Shown here: positions 1 to 11,734 of the stretch, piece by piece | Numbering within the stretch: the first letter of the stretch is position 1 | Layout of the letters: every line of letters begins with the position of its first letter | DNA from: Jatrophihabitans sp. | GTDB lineage: Bacteria; Actinomycetota; Actinomycetes; Mycobacteriales; Jatrophihabitantaceae | Assembly (NCBI RefSeq): GCF_046262535.1 | Contig: NZ_JBHEMO010000021.1 | Location: 19,132 to 83,131, forward strand | Length of the DNA: 64,000 nt | Direction of reading: 5' to 3' | Translations under genes and position numbers: made by a program | Notes under the pieces: generated by a model | Told to the model about the DNA's origin: nothing | Databases searched by the model: none | The model's input: the letters and a program-made list of their open reading frames with translations, nothing else

Positions 1-918
1 CGTGCGCACACCATCCAGCTGCTCGCCGATCCCTCGTCGACGGCGGCCGACTTCTCCCGTCCCGGTCACGTCGTTCCGCTTCGCGCGAAGGACGGCGGCG
101 TGTTGCGCCGTCCCGGCCACACCGAGGCGGCGGTCGATCTCGCGGTGCTGGCCGGGCTCCATCCGGCGGGCGTGCTCTGCGAGGTGGTCAGCGAGAAGGA
201 CCCGGCCGGCATGGCCCGTGTCGACGAGCTGCGGGTGTTCGCCGACGAGCACGACCTCGCGCTGATCTCGATCGCCGATCTGATCGCGTACCGTCGCCGC
301 TTCGAGAAGCTCGTCTCCCGTGTCGCCTCTGCCCGGGTGCCGCTGCGCTACGGCGAGTACACCGCGGTCGGTTACTCGTCCAGCTACGACCAGCGCGAGC
401 ACGTGGCGTTCGTGTTCGGCGACATCGGCGACGGCGAGGACGTCCTGGTGCGGGTCCACTCCGAGTGCCTCACCGGCGACGTCTTCGGATCCCTGCGCTG
501 CGACTGCGGGCCCCAGCTGGATGCGGCCCTCGCGGCCGTGGCCCGCGAGGGGCGTGGCGTGGTGCTCTACGTGCGCGGGCACGAAGGCCGGGGCATCGGC
601 CTGTTGCACAAGCTGCAGGCCTATCAGCTGCAGGACGCCGGTTCGGACACGCTCGACGCCAACCTCGAACTGGGGCTGCCGGCCGACGCCCGCGACTACG
701 GCACCGGGGCGCAGATCCTCGTCGACCTCGGCGTCCACTCGATGCGGCTGCTGACCAACAATCCGGCCAAGCGGGCCGGACTCGAGGGATACGGACTGCG
801 GGTCACCGGCCGCCAGGCGCTGCCGGTGCATGCCAACCCCGAGAACATCCGCTACCTCGAGACCAAGCGCGACCGCATGGGGCACGACCTCGACTTCGGC
901 GCGGGCGAGAAGGCATGA
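1..918 (+). CDS. ribBA: Bifunctional DHBP synthase / GTP cyclohydrolase II (5'-partial)
   Basis: Open frame from base 1 ([23 protein letters not shown]); GCH-II motifs [19 protein letters not shown]-like [14 protein letters not shown]. Confidence 0.95.
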   Translation, partial: RAHTIQLLADPSSTAADFSRPGHVVPLRAKDGGVLRRPGHTEAAVDLAVLAGLHPAGVLCEVVSEKDPAGMARVDELRVFADEHDLALISIADLIAYRRRFEKLVSRVASARVPLRYGEYTAVGYSSSYDQREHVAFVFGDIGDGEDVLVRVHSECLTGDVFGSLRCDCGPQLDAALAAVAREGRGVVLYVRGHEGRGIGLLHKLQAYQLQDAGSDTLDANLELGLPADARDYGTGAQILVDLGVHSMRLLTNNPAKRAGLEGYGLRVTGRQALPVHANPENIRYLETKRDRMGHDLDFGAGEKA

Positions 919-979
919 GCGCGGCTCGCGGAGCGAACAACGGGCATGGCGTCTCCGCACGCTCGAACAGAGTGAGAGC

Positions 980-1459
980 GTGAGCGGGGAGGGCGCGCCG
1001 GCGCTGACAGTGCAGGGCGCCGGCGGTCTGCGCGTTGTGGTGATCGCCAGCCAGTGGCACACGACGGTCATGGACGGGCTGCTCGACGGCGCGCGGCGGG
1101 CCTTGGCCGATGCCGGCGTCGACGACGTCACCGAGCTGCGAGTGCCCGGTGTCTTCGAGCTGCCGGTGGCGGCCGCGAGGGTGACGGCGCGCGATGTCGA
1201 CGCGGTGGTGGCGCTCGGCGTGGTCATCCGCGGCGGCACGCCGCACTTCGATTACGTGTGCAGCGCGGCCACCACCGGACTCACGCTCGTCGCCCAGCGC
1301 ACCGGCGTGCCCATCGGATTCGGCGTGCTCACCTGCGACGACGAGAAGCAGGCGTTGGACCGGGCCGGGCTGCCCGGTTCAGCCGAGGACAAGGGCCATG
1401 AGGCGGCCACGGCGGCGCTCGCCACGGCGATGACGCTGGCGGACTACCCGCGCCGCTGA
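980..1459 (+). CDS. ribH: 6,7-dimethyl-8-ribityllumazine synthase
   Basis: [33 protein letters not shown] motifs; GTG start at 980. Confidence 0.95.
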   Translation: MSGEGAPALTVQGAGGLRVVVIASQWHTTVMDGLLDGARRALADAGVDDVTELRVPGVFELPVAAARVTARDVDAVVALGVVIRGGTPHFDYVCSAATTGLTLVAQRTGVPIGFGVLTCDDEKQALDRAGLPGSAEDKGHEAATAALATAMTLADYPRR

Positions 1460-1563
1460 CGGACGGCGGCTCGGCCGGTCGCCAGGGCCACAGGCCGCTA
1501 TGGTCACTGACGGGTCGGTGCATCGCACCGGTTGCCTCGAGTACGTCGAAGAGATGAGGGCCG

Positions 1564-2007
1564 ATGGGCGGATACCGGACGATCGTCGTGGGCACGGACG
1601 GCTCGGAGACCTCGTTCCGCGCGGTTGATCGCGCGGCCGCCCTGGCCGCCGACTCCGGCGCCACCCTGGTGATCGCGTGCGCCTACTTCCCGGAGCGCCC
1701 TGACCCGCGGGCTCAGGACGCCCTGGGCGACGACGCGTATCAGGTCACCGGATCGGCCCCGGCCGACGACACGGTCAGCCGAGCGCGTGACCGGGCCGCG
1801 GTGGCCGGCGCCACCAAGATCGAGACCGAAGCCGTGCAGGGCAAGCCGGCCGAGACGCTGCAACGCGTGGTCAAGGACCGCGGCGCCGACCTGCTGGTCG
1901 TCGGCAACCGTGGCCTCAACACCCTCGCCGGGCGCATCATCGGCTCCGTCCCGCTCGACGTCGTCCGGCACACGCCGATCGACGTGCTCGTCGTGCACAC
2001 CACCTGA
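1564..2007 (+). CDS. Universal stress protein (Rv1636-like)
   Basis: YRTIVVGTDGS..SFRAVDRAA, DLLVVGNRGL..GSVP..DVLVVHTT; closely resembles mycobacterial Rv1636 as recalled. Confidence 0.9.
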   Translation: MGGYRTIVVGTDGSETSFRAVDRAAALAADSGATLVIACAYFPERPDPRAQDALGDDAYQVTGSAPADDTVSRARDRAAVAGATKIETEAVQGKPAETLQRVVKDRGADLLVVGNRGLNTLAGRIIGSVPLDVVRHTPIDVLVVHTT

Positions 2008-2012
2008 GCGTT

Positions 2013-3041
2013 GTGAGCCCACCCGACCGGCCGGACGTCGCCGAAGCGGCCCAGGCCGGCGACATCGATCTGCCGTCCCTGCTCGAAAGCGTCGAGAGCG
2101 CGATCCTCGGCGGCCCACGCCGGTACACACCGGCGGAGGTCTCCGAACGCGCCGGTCTCGACCGCGACGAGGCCCGCGGGCTGTGGCGCGCGCTCGGGTT
2201 CCCCACCGTCGGCGACGACGAGGTGATGTTCAACGACGCCGACGTGGAAGCCCTGCGCGGGATGGCGACACTCGCGCAATACGGGTTCGCCGACGAGTTG
2301 CTGCGGCTCGCGGTGGCCCGACTGTTCGGCCAGACGTTCTCGCGCCTGGCGTCCTACCAGGGCCAGCTGCTGCTCGAGGAGATCGGCCGCCACCCGGAGC
2401 TGCTCTCCTCGGGCGACCGGTTGATCGAGCTGGTCGAAGAGGTGACGCCCCGGCTCGAGCGGCTACAGGGCTACGCGTGGCGCCGCCAGCTCGCCGCTTA
2501 CCTCGCCCGCATGGCCGCTCAGGGCCCCGAGGAGTTCGGCGCGGCGACTGCTCCGGTCAGCATCGGCTTCGCGGACATGTCCGGCTTCACGTCCCTGACC
2601 CGCAAGGCCACCGAAATGGAACTGCGTGAGCTGCTGGACTGCTTCGAGTCGATGTCCACGGAGGTCGTGGGCGACCACGGCGGCCGGATCGTGAAGACGA
2701 TCGGGGACGAAGTGCTGTTCCAGCTCGACGACGCGGGCGAGGCCGCGCTGGTCGCCCTCGAACTGCTCGAGCGGGCCGAGGCCGACGACCGGCTTCCCGA
2801 CTTGCGGGCCGGCCTGGCCTACGGTCCGGTGGTCAGCCGGCTGGGCGACGTGTACGGGTCGACGGTGAACATCGCGAGCCGGTTGACGTCGCTCAGCCGT
2901 CCTGGATGGATCCTCGTCGACCGTGAGATGCACGATCAGCTGGTGGGCGATTCCCGGTTCCACCTGAAGTCGCGGCGCCCGGAGTCGGTGCGCGGGTTCA
3001 GCCACCTGCATCCGTGGCGCCTGCGCCGTGCCGAGCGCTGA
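2013..3041 (+). CDS. Class III adenylate cyclase with N-terminal regulatory domain
   Basis: [17 protein letters not shown] and [13 protein letters not shown] give the full catalytic set with ATP-specifying K/D. Confidence 0.9.
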   Translation: MSPPDRPDVAEAAQAGDIDLPSLLESVESAILGGPRRYTPAEVSERAGLDRDEARGLWRALGFPTVGDDEVMFNDADVEALRGMATLAQYGFADELLRLAVARLFGQTFSRLASYQGQLLLEEIGRHPELLSSGDRLIELVEEVTPRLERLQGYAWRRQLAAYLARMAAQGPEEFGAATAPVSIGFADMSGFTSLTRKATEMELRELLDCFESMSTEVVGDHGGRIVKTIGDEVLFQLDDAGEAALVALELLERAEADDRLPDLRAGLAYGPVVSRLGDVYGSTVNIASRLTSLSRPGWILVDREMHDQLVGDSRFHLKSRRPESVRGFSHLHPWRLRRAER

Positions 3042-3067
3042 GGCGGCGCCGGTACCCTCGAGACCTG

Positions 3068-3331
3068 ATGAAGACCTTCGATCAGCTCTTCGCCGAGCTC
3101 ACCGACCGGCAACGGGTGCGCCCCGCCGGATCGGGCACCGTTGTTGCGCTCGACGCCGGGATCCACGAGCAGGGCAAGAAGGTCCTCGAAGAGGCCGCCG
3201 AGGTGTGGATGGCGGCCGAGCACGAATCCGGTGAGCGCACCGCCGAGGAGATCAGCCAGCTCCTCTACCGGATCCAGGTGATCATGCTGGGCAAGGGCAT
3301 CGGCCTCGACGACGTCTACCGACATCTGTGA
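3068..3331 (+). CDS. hisE: Phosphoribosyl-ATP diphosphatase
   Basis: [37 protein letters not shown]; lies upstream of hisG. Confidence 0.93.
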   Translation: MKTFDQLFAELTDRQRVRPAGSGTVVALDAGIHEQGKKVLEEAAEVWMAAEHESGERTAEEISQLLYRIQVIMLGKGIGLDDVYRHL

Positions 3332-3391
3332 TGCCGCCGGACCGTCCCCTTCCGTTCCCTTCACATTCCAGGTAGAGATCCAGGTAGAGCC

Positions 3392-4237
3392 ATGCTGCGC
3401 ATTGCCGTTCCCAACAAGGGTTCGCTGTCCGAACCGGCCAGCCAGATGCTCGTCGAGGCGGGCTACCGCCAGCGCTCGGACAGCCGTGAACTCGTACTGC
3501 TCGACGACGAGAACGAGACCGAGTTCTTCTTCCTCCGCCCGCGCGACATCGCGATCTATGTGGGCTCCGGGCAACTGGATGTCGGCATCACCGGCGAAGA
3601 CCTGCTTCTGGATTCGGGCGCGAATGCGGAGGCGATCCTGCCGCTCGGCTTCGCCCGCTCGACGTTCCGCTTCGCCGCCGCCCCGGGCACCGCGGCCACG
3701 GCCGCCGACCTCGCCGGCAAGCGGGTCGCCACTGCCTATCCGGGCGTGCTGGCCGACTACTTCGCGCGAGCCGGGATCGCCGCCGAGGTGATCGCCCTGG
3801 ACGGCGCGGTGGAGACATCGGTCCGGCTCGGGGTCGCCGACGCCATCGCCGACGTCGTCTCGACCGGCACCACGCTGCGCAACGCCGGCCTGGAGATCTT
3901 CGGCGAGCCGCTGCTGACCAGTCAGGCCGTGCTGGTCCAGCGGCGCGGCACCGCCCAGCCGGCCCGCGTCGAGCAGCTCGTCCGGCGGCTGCAGGGCGTC
4001 ATCATCGCCCGGCAGTACGTGCTGATGGACTACGACATCCCTGATGAGTTCGTCGACAAGGCCTTGGCCCTGACGCCCGGCATCGAGTCACCGACGGTGT
4101 CCCCGCTCGCCAAGCCGGGATGGTCGGCGGTGCGCTCGATGGTCAAGCGCCGCGAGACCAACGCGGTGATGGACGAACTCTGGGAGGTCGGCGCCCGCGC
4201 CATCCTCGTCACCGACATCCACGCCTGCCGACTGTGA
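3392..4237 (+). CDS. hisG: ATP phosphoribosyltransferase (long form)
   Basis: MLRIAVPNKG, RPRDIA, LDGAVE, DAIADVVSTGTTL and a C-terminal regulatory domain. Confidence 0.96.
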   Translation: MLRIAVPNKGSLSEPASQMLVEAGYRQRSDSRELVLLDDENETEFFFLRPRDIAIYVGSGQLDVGITGEDLLLDSGANAEAILPLGFARSTFRFAAAPGTAATAADLAGKRVATAYPGVLADYFARAGIAAEVIALDGAVETSVRLGVADAIADVVSTGTTLRNAGLEIFGEPLLTSQAVLVQRRGTAQPARVEQLVRRLQGVIIARQYVLMDYDIPDEFVDKALALTPGIESPTVSPLAKPGWSAVRSMVKRRETNAVMDELWEVGARAILVTDIHACRL

Positions 4238-4261
4238 GAGAACTCGCTGTGAGAGAACGAG

Positions 4262-4720
4262 ATGAGTGAAACCCCGCCGGAGGTCGTCACGGCCCGGCCG
4301 ATCAGAACCGCGCGCTACGCCAACGCGGCGGCGCTCGTCGCCTTCGCCGCCTTCGTGGTGGTCGCGCTGCTGATGCGGACGGACAACGCCGGGGCCACCT
4401 TCGGGTGGAAGGACCAGGCGTTCACCGTCGTCATCGGCGCCATCGTGGCGGGTGGCCTGCGGCTGCCCGCGCGGCCCCGGCTGCGCGCCGACGCCCGGGC
4501 CGTCCACACCCGAAGCTATGTCGGCAACTGGCGCACGATCCCGTGGGACGCCGTCGTGGCGGTCGAGTTCCCGAGCAACGTGCGGTTCGCCCGGCTGGTG
4601 CTTCCGGCCGACGAGACGCTTGCCTTGTACGCCGTCCAGCGGATGGACCGCGAGCAGGCGGTGCAGACCATGCGCGGCTTGCGCCGCCTTTTCGCGGCGA
4701 CCCACCCGGTCGTCGGCTGA
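4262..4720 (+). CDS. PH-domain membrane protein
   Basis: Two TM helices then RPRLRAD..IPWDAV..FARL; usual neighbour of hisG in actinobacteria. Confidence 0.75.
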   Translation: MSETPPEVVTARPIRTARYANAAALVAFAAFVVVALLMRTDNAGATFGWKDQAFTVVIGAIVAGGLRLPARPRLRADARAVHTRSYVGNWRTIPWDAVVAVEFPSNVRFARLVLPADETLALYAVQRMDREQAVQTMRGLRRLFAATHPVVG

Positions 4721-4764
4721 CGGTCGGCCCGGCCGTCCGGATGCCGGTAATGGTGGCCGTTTAG

Positions 4765-4780
4765 CGTGACCTGCATCACG
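4765..4780. promoter_or_regulatory. CRP/GlxR-type binding site
   Basis: CGTGA-CCTGCA-TCACG matches TGTGA-N6-TCACA, 56 nt upstream of the acetate transporter start. Confidence 0.65.
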
Positions 4781-4836
4781 GGAAGAACCTCGGCAAGGAG
4801 GGCGCGCCCCCGCGCGCCCGGACGAGAGGAGCCGTA

Positions 4837-5502
4837 ATGACGCGGAACGACCCGACGGCCAGCCCCCGACCCGCCGCCGACAACACCGGTTGGGGGGCGG
4901 GCATCGCCGATCCCGGGCCCCTCGGCCTCGCCGCGTTCGCTCTGACGACCTTCGTGCTGTCGGTCTTCAACTCTGGGATGATCAAGACCGGCGACGGCGT
5001 CGTCCTCGGTCTGGCACTGGCCTACGGCGGCCTCGCTCAGCTGCTCGCCGGCATGTGGGAATTCACCAAGGGCAATACGTTCGGCGCGACCGCCTTTGCC
5101 TCCTTCGGCGCCTTCTGGATCTCCTTCTGGTGGCTCATCGAACATGTCGCCACGTATGCCAAGGGTTCCGCGGGCAACGACTTCAATCATGCCCTCGGCG
5201 TGTACCTGCTCGCGTGGGCGATCTTCACGGCGTACATGACCGTGGCGTCACTTCGCGTTTCGGGGGCAGTGGCGGCGGTGTTCGTCTTCCTGACGCTGAC
5301 CTTCCTGTTCCTCGCCATCGGCAAGCTCACCCAGTCGGCCACTGCGACCGACAGCACCGGCCTGTACAAATTCGGTGGATGGCTCGGCCTGATCACCGCG
5401 CTGCTCGCCTGGTACGCCTCGTTCGCCGGGGTCGTGAACTCAACGTTCAAACGGGTCGTGCTGCCCGTGATGCCCTTGACGGAAGGCCGCACCAAGCGCT
5501 GA
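4837..5502 (+). CDS. Acetate uptake transporter (GPR1/FUN34/YaaH-SatP family)
   Basis: IADPGPLGLAAFALTT, GNTFGATAF..GAFW; about 6 TM; AGGAG RBS; adjacent to acs. Confidence 0.9.
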   Translation: MTRNDPTASPRPAADNTGWGAGIADPGPLGLAAFALTTFVLSVFNSGMIKTGDGVVLGLALAYGGLAQLLAGMWEFTKGNTFGATAFASFGAFWISFWWLIEHVATYAKGSAGNDFNHALGVYLLAWAIFTAYMTVASLRVSGAVAAVFVFLTLTFLFLAIGKLTQSATATDSTGLYKFGGWLGLITALLAWYASFAGVVNSTFKRVVLPVMPLTEGRTKR

Positions 5503-5540
5503 ACCTTCCGACCTTCCGTCCGGCGAAATAGGGTCTGTCC

Positions 5541-7511
<1,971 letters not shown>

Positions 7512-7517
7512 ACGCCC

Positions 7518-7895
7518 GTGCATCGGGTGCTGTTGCGGGAGGTCATCGTCGACGTCCCGTCCGAGAAGTCGGACGCCACCCGGCGGTTCTGGGCCGGAGC
7601 CCTGGGCGGCACGGTCCGTCCCCTGACCGAGTTCCCGGAGTTCGCGGCGCTGGAGAACCCGGCCGCGCTGCCGCACCTCGGCTTCCAGGACATCGGCAAC
7701 GACGCCGCGCGCTTCCATCTCGACATCGAGACCGACGACATCGAGGCGGAGGTCGCGCGGCTGGCGGCGCTCGGTGCGGTCGTCGAGCAGCGGCGCGATC
7801 ACTGGGTCGTGATGCGCGATCCGGCCGGCCTGCTGTTCTGCCTACTGCCGCCGGAATCAGACGAGTTCGCCGAGCGCTCCCGCGTCGTCGACTGA
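7518..7895 (+). CDS. VOC/glyoxalase-like protein
   Basis: FHLDIETDDIEAEVARLAALGA..WVVMRDPAGLLFC. Confidence 0.85.
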   Translation: MHRVLLREVIVDVPSEKSDATRRFWAGALGGTVRPLTEFPEFAALENPAALPHLGFQDIGNDAARFHLDIETDDIEAEVARLAALGAVVEQRRDHWVVMRDPAGLLFCLLPPESDEFAERSRVVD

Positions 7896-7900
7896 CCGGC

Positions 7901-8713
7901 TTAGCGCAGCCGTTCGGCCAGGTGGATCGCGTCGTACGGAGCGTGCACCTTCACGTCGTTGTCGAAATGCACCTGGACATCCAGGCCGGCCGCCGTCCAC
8001 GAGCGGATCTCGGTCGCCCACTTGTCGAGCGCCTCGTCGGTGTAGCCGCTGGTGTAGAGCTCGACGTCGCCGTGCAGCCGGACGTAGACGAGGTCGGCGG
8101 TGACGTCGCGCAGCAGCGGCCAACGGCCGGCGGTGTCGGCGACGACGAGCGAGATCGCATGCTTGCGCAGCAGGTCGGGGAACGCGGCGACCTCGAAGGT
8201 CTTGTGCCGCACTTCGAGCGCATGCCGGATCGGGCGGTCGGCGTCGGTGACGGTGAGGGATCGGTCCTTCAGCCGCTCGTCGTGCCTGCGGGCCAGCCAC
8301 GCGGCCTCGTCGGTGGAGCGGGGGAGTTGGGCGAAGAAGGCCGTCAGACGATCAGCGTCGAAGCCGAGGCTCGGCGGCAGCTGCCACAGGACGGGACCCA
8401 GTTTCTCGCGCAGCGCCAGTACCCCTGACGCGAAGAAGTTCGCCAACGGCGTCTCGACGCCGGCCAGCTTCTTCATGTGCGTGATGAACCGGGCGCCCTT
8501 CACCGCGAAGGTGAAGTCGGCCGGCGTCTTCTCGTACCACCGCTGGAAACTGGTGGGCCGCTGCAGCGAGTAGAACGTTCCGTTGATCTCGACGCTGTTC
8601 ATCCGCGAGGACAGGTACTCGAGCTCGCGGCGGTGCGGCAGCTTCGGCGGATAGAACACGCCCCGCCACGGCGGATACAGCCAGCCGGAGGTGCCGATCC
8701 GAACTTCGGTCAT
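7901..8713 (-). CDS. DUF72 family protein
   Basis: IGTSGWLY, SVEINGTFY, KLGPVLWQLPP, YVRLHG, VHFDND. Confidence 0.92.
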   Translation of the reverse strand: MTEVRIGTSGWLYPPWRGVFYPPKLPHRRELEYLSSRMNSVEINGTFYSLQRPTSFQRWYEKTPADFTFAVKGARFITHMKKLAGVETPLANFFASGVLALREKLGPVLWQLPPSLGFDADRLTAFFAQLPRSTDEAAWLARRHDERLKDRSLTVTDADRPIRHALEVRHKTFEVAAFPDLLRKHAISLVVADTAGRWPLLRDVTADLVYVRLHGDVELYTSGYTDEALDKWATEIRSWTAAGLDVQVHFDNDVKVHAPYDAIHLAERLR

Positions 8714-8734
8714 ACGGCTGTCCTACCCGACTTG

Positions 8735-9397
8735 TTACCGCCTCAGTGGGTCAGAGCCCGCCGGACCGGCAACGAGTCGGCCGGACAGGAACCCGCGGGC
8801 CGCCGGCCAGTCGTCGTCGGTCATCGAGTACTGGACGGTCGTGCGCCATGTGCCGTCCCGCCGCATCTTGTGCTTGCGCAGCTCGCCCTCGCGGGTGGCG
8901 CCGAGCCGGGCGATCGCGGCCTGTGAGCGCTCGTTGTAGATGTCGGTGTGCCACACGACGCGGGCGGCGCCCAGGGTGTCGAACGCGTGCGTGAGCATGA
9001 GCAGCTTCGACTCCGTGTTGTGCCCGGTCCGCCACCATCGCCGGCCCAGCCAGGTGTGTCCGATGGAGACGGTCCGCAGGGCCGGGTCGACGTCGTAGTA
9101 GGACGAGGTGCCGGCGAACTGGTTGCTGGCGACGTCGAACTGCGAGTAGGCGAATCGCTCGCCCCGCGCTCGCGCGGCGAGCGTCCACGCCACGTCCAGC
9201 TGGGCGTCGGCCGGCGTGCGGGGTGCCCCGGTGGCTTTCGAACCCGGGGTACTCACCCAACGGAAGACCTCTTCGGCGTCCGCGCCCTCGCCGGCGGCGG
9301 CGAGGTAGCCGGGCGCGTCTTCGATCGCCATCGGCTGCAGACGGATGAGGCGCCCGGCGAGCACGGGCATGGCGTACCACTGGTCGGCGGAGGTCAC
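8735..9397 (-). CDS. GNAT (RimJ/RimL-like) acetyltransferase
   Basis: SIGHTWL..NTESKLLMLTHAF..NERSQAAIARLGATREG; start could instead be 9370. Confidence 0.88.
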   Translation of the reverse strand: MTSADQWYAMPVLAGRLIRLQPMAIEDAPGYLAAAGEGADAEEVFRWVSTPGSKATGAPRTPADAQLDVAWTLAARARGERFAYSQFDVASNQFAGTSSYYDVDPALRTVSIGHTWLGRRWWRTGHNTESKLLMLTHAFDTLGAARVVWHTDIYNERSQAAIARLGATREGELRKHKMRRDGTWRTTVQYSMTDDDWPAARGFLSGRLVAGPAGSDPLRR

Positions 9398-9420
9398 CGC
9401 CCGATCGTATGGTGGTCGTC

Positions 9421-9612
9421 ATGCGGCTTACCGAGTTCTGGCGCCGGATGGAGGAGCGTTTCGGCGTTGCCTATGCCGCGAGCGTGGCCGCCGATTACCG
9501 GCTGCCCGGGCTCGGTAGCACGATCAACGAGGCCCTCGCGGCCGGTGTGGACACGAAGGATGTGTGGCGCGCGGTGTGTGCCGAGTTCGAGATGCCCGCG
9601 TCCCTGCGTTGA
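9421..9612 (+). CDS. DUF3046 family protein
   Basis: MRLTEFWRRM..FG..YA..VWRAVC; typical gene upstream of recA; TATGGT -10 lies 7 nt before the ATG. Confidence 0.88.
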   Translation: MRLTEFWRRMEERFGVAYAASVAADYRLPGLGSTINEALAAGVDTKDVWRAVCAEFEMPASLR

Positions 9613-9632
9613 CCTCGGCGTGTCGCTCGTAG

Positions 9633-9648
9633 TCGAACAGGTGTTCGG
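9633..9648. promoter_or_regulatory. LexA (SOS) box upstream of recA
   Basis: TCGAAC-AGGT-GTTCGG versus consensus TCGAAC-N4-GTTCGA; TACGCT -10 at 9650-9655. Confidence 0.85.
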
Positions 9649-9738
9649 CTACGCTCTCGGTATTCGGCAGACCATCGGTATCCACAGGACGAGTTGCAAG
9701 ACGCCCGTCGTCCACAACCGGGCGCGTTGCACCGATTC

Positions 9739-9760
9739 TGTCGGTACCCGGCCCTAACGT
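9739..9760 (+). promoter_or_regulatory. PafBC / RecA-NDp type promoter
   Basis: TGTCGG-N10-TAACGT is an exact match to TGTCRG-N10-TAnnnT. Confidence 0.8.
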
Positions 9761-9822
9761 CGTTTCCGTACCTCCGACCGAGACCTCCAGCAGCATTCAT
9801 TGACAGCAAAGGGGACGCCGCC

Positions 9823-10875
9823 ATGGCAACCAGCTTCGACCGGGACAAGGCGCTCGACGTCGCCCTCGCACAGATCGACAAGCAGCACGGCAAGGGTGCC
9901 GTCATGCGCCTGGGCGACCGGGTAGCCGCGCCGATCGAGGTGATCCCCACCGGGTCGATCGCCCTCGACGTCGCGTTGGGCATCGGCGGTCTGCCGCGCG
10001 GACGTGTCGTCGAGATCTACGGTCCGGAAAGCTCGGGCAAGACGACAGTGGCACTGCACGCCGTGGCCAACGCCCAGGCCGCCGGCGGGGTCGCCGCCTT
10101 CATCGACGCCGAGCACGCGCTCGATCCCGAATATGCCCGGGCGCTGGGTGTCGACACCGATTCGCTGCTGGTCAGCCAGCCCGACACCGGTGAGCAGGCG
10201 CTCGAGATCGCCGACATGCTCATCCGTTCCGGCGCCCTCGACGTCATCGTCATCGACTCGGTGGCGGCGCTGGTGCCCCGTGCCGAGATCGAGGGCGAGA
10301 TGGGTGACAGCCACGTCGGCCTGCAGGCCCGGCTGATGAGCCAGGCGCTGCGCAAGATCACCGGTGCCCTCAGCAACTCGGGCACGACGGCGATCTTCAT
10401 CAACCAGCTGCGCGAAAAGATCGGCGTGATGTTCGGGTCGCCTGAGACCACCACCGGCGGCAAGGCGCTGAAGTTCTACGCGTCGATCCGGTTGGACGTG
10501 CGGCGCATCGAGACGCTCAAGGATGGCACCGACGCGGTCGGCAACCGCACCCGGGTGAAGGTCGTCAAGAACAAGGTGGCGCCGCCGTTCAAGCAGGCCG
10601 AATTCGACATCGTCTACGGCGAGGGCATCAGCCGAGAGGGTTCGCTCATCGACGTCGGCGTCGAGCAGGGCATCGTCCGCAAATCCGGCGCTTGGTACAC
10701 CTACGAGGCCGACCAGCTGGGCCAGGGCAAGGAGAACGTGCGCAACTTCTTACGCGACAACCCCGACCTCGCCGACGAGATCGAGAAGAAGATCAAGGAG
10801 AAGATGGGCATCGGGGCCCGCGTCGACGACTCCGGCGCGCCGATCGAGCCGCTGCCGGCGCCCGTCGACTTCTGA
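9823..10875 (+). CDS. recA: Recombinase RecA (no intein)
   Basis: [35 protein letters not shown]. Confidence 0.99.
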   Translation: MATSFDRDKALDVALAQIDKQHGKGAVMRLGDRVAAPIEVIPTGSIALDVALGIGGLPRGRVVEIYGPESSGKTTVALHAVANAQAAGGVAAFIDAEHALDPEYARALGVDTDSLLVSQPDTGEQALEIADMLIRSGALDVIVIDSVAALVPRAEIEGEMGDSHVGLQARLMSQALRKITGALSNSGTTAIFINQLREKIGVMFGSPETTTGGKALKFYASIRLDVRRIETLKDGTDAVGNRTRVKVVKNKVAPPFKQAEFDIVYGEGISREGSLIDVGVEQGIVRKSGAWYTYEADQLGQGKENVRNFLRDNPDLADEIEKKIKEKMGIGARVDDSGAPIEPLPAPVDF

Positions 10876-11495
10876 TGACCCGCCCGGCGGGCGGCCGGCG
10901 ACGCCGGCCGCGCGACATCGCGGAAGGCGAGCCACCGCCGGGGGATCCGGACCTGCACCCCGGCGACCCGGACTCCGTCGCCCGGACGATCTGCCTGCGC
11001 CTGCTCACGATGCGAGCGCGCAGCCGCGCCGAGCTGGCCGACGCCCTGGCCGCCCGTGATGTGCCTGACGACGCCGCGACCCGCGTGCTGGACCGGTTCA
11101 CGGAGGTCGGGCTGATCGACGACGCCGCGCTGGCCGCCAGCCTGGCCGGCGCCCAACATCGGGAACGCGGCCTCGCCCGCCGTGCGGTCGCGGCCAAGCT
11201 GCGCCAACGGGGTCTCGCCGACGAACTCGACGAGGCCTTGAGCGGAATCGATGCCGACAGCGAGCGCTCCCGTGCGCGGGAACTGGTCGAGCGGCGGCGG
11301 CGGGCTCTCGCCGGCTTGCCCGCCGAGGTACAGGCGCGTCGGTTGGTCAGCCTGCTCGCCCGCAAGGGCTACCCGTCGGGCATCGCCTACGCGGTGGTCC
11401 GCGAAGCCCTGGCCGGCGCGGCGGATTGGGACATCGACGGCGCCGCCGACGATCCGGCCGGCGCACCCGCCGCAGACGGCGCCGTCAGCACCTGA
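10875..11495 (+). CDS. recX: Regulatory protein RecX
   Basis: TGATG overlap with recA; RARSRAEL..LDRFTEVGLIDD..LARKGY. Confidence 0.92.
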   Translation: MTRPAGGRRRRPRDIAEGEPPPGDPDLHPGDPDSVARTICLRLLTMRARSRAELADALAARDVPDDAATRVLDRFTEVGLIDDAALAASLAGAQHRERGLARRAVAAKLRQRGLADELDEALSGIDADSERSRARELVERRRRALAGLPAEVQARRLVSLLARKGYPSGIAYAVVREALAGAADWDIDGAADDPAGAPAADGAVST

Positions 11496-11531
11496 AATCG
11501 CTGGGGCTGGGCATCCACAGATCACGCGCAC

Positions 11532-11560
11532 TTGATTTGTCCGCCCGGCATTCATAACCT
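11532..11560 (+). promoter_or_regulatory. SigA-type promoter for the rny leader
   Basis: TTGATT-N17-TAACCT. Confidence 0.6.
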
Positions 11561-11562
11561 CG

Positions 11563-11734
11563 GGGACACCAGGAGTTACCCCTGCACACCGATGCGCCGT
11601 AGCGGCGCCGCGACATACTGCACCGAGTCCTCATGCGAAAGGAGCACTAACCGGCGAACCCGGTGCCAGCACCGGGCTCCAGAACCTCCCGTGACACCGG
11701 CGCGTCAACCGACTCGCCACCCATTTGGTGTCCC
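11563..11734 (+). ncRNA. Candidate structured RNA / long rny leader (unassigned)
   Basis: Nested helices GGGACACCA/TGGTGTCCC, GAGTT/GACTC, GATGCGCCG/CGGCGCGTC and hairpin CCCGGTG-CCAG-CACCGGG; manual fold only. Confidence 0.45.

Noticed and set aside
9823-10875. Possible intein in recA (also checked nrdJ)
   Set aside because: Both proteins are normal length with contiguous motifs and no splice-junction or homing-endonuclease signatures
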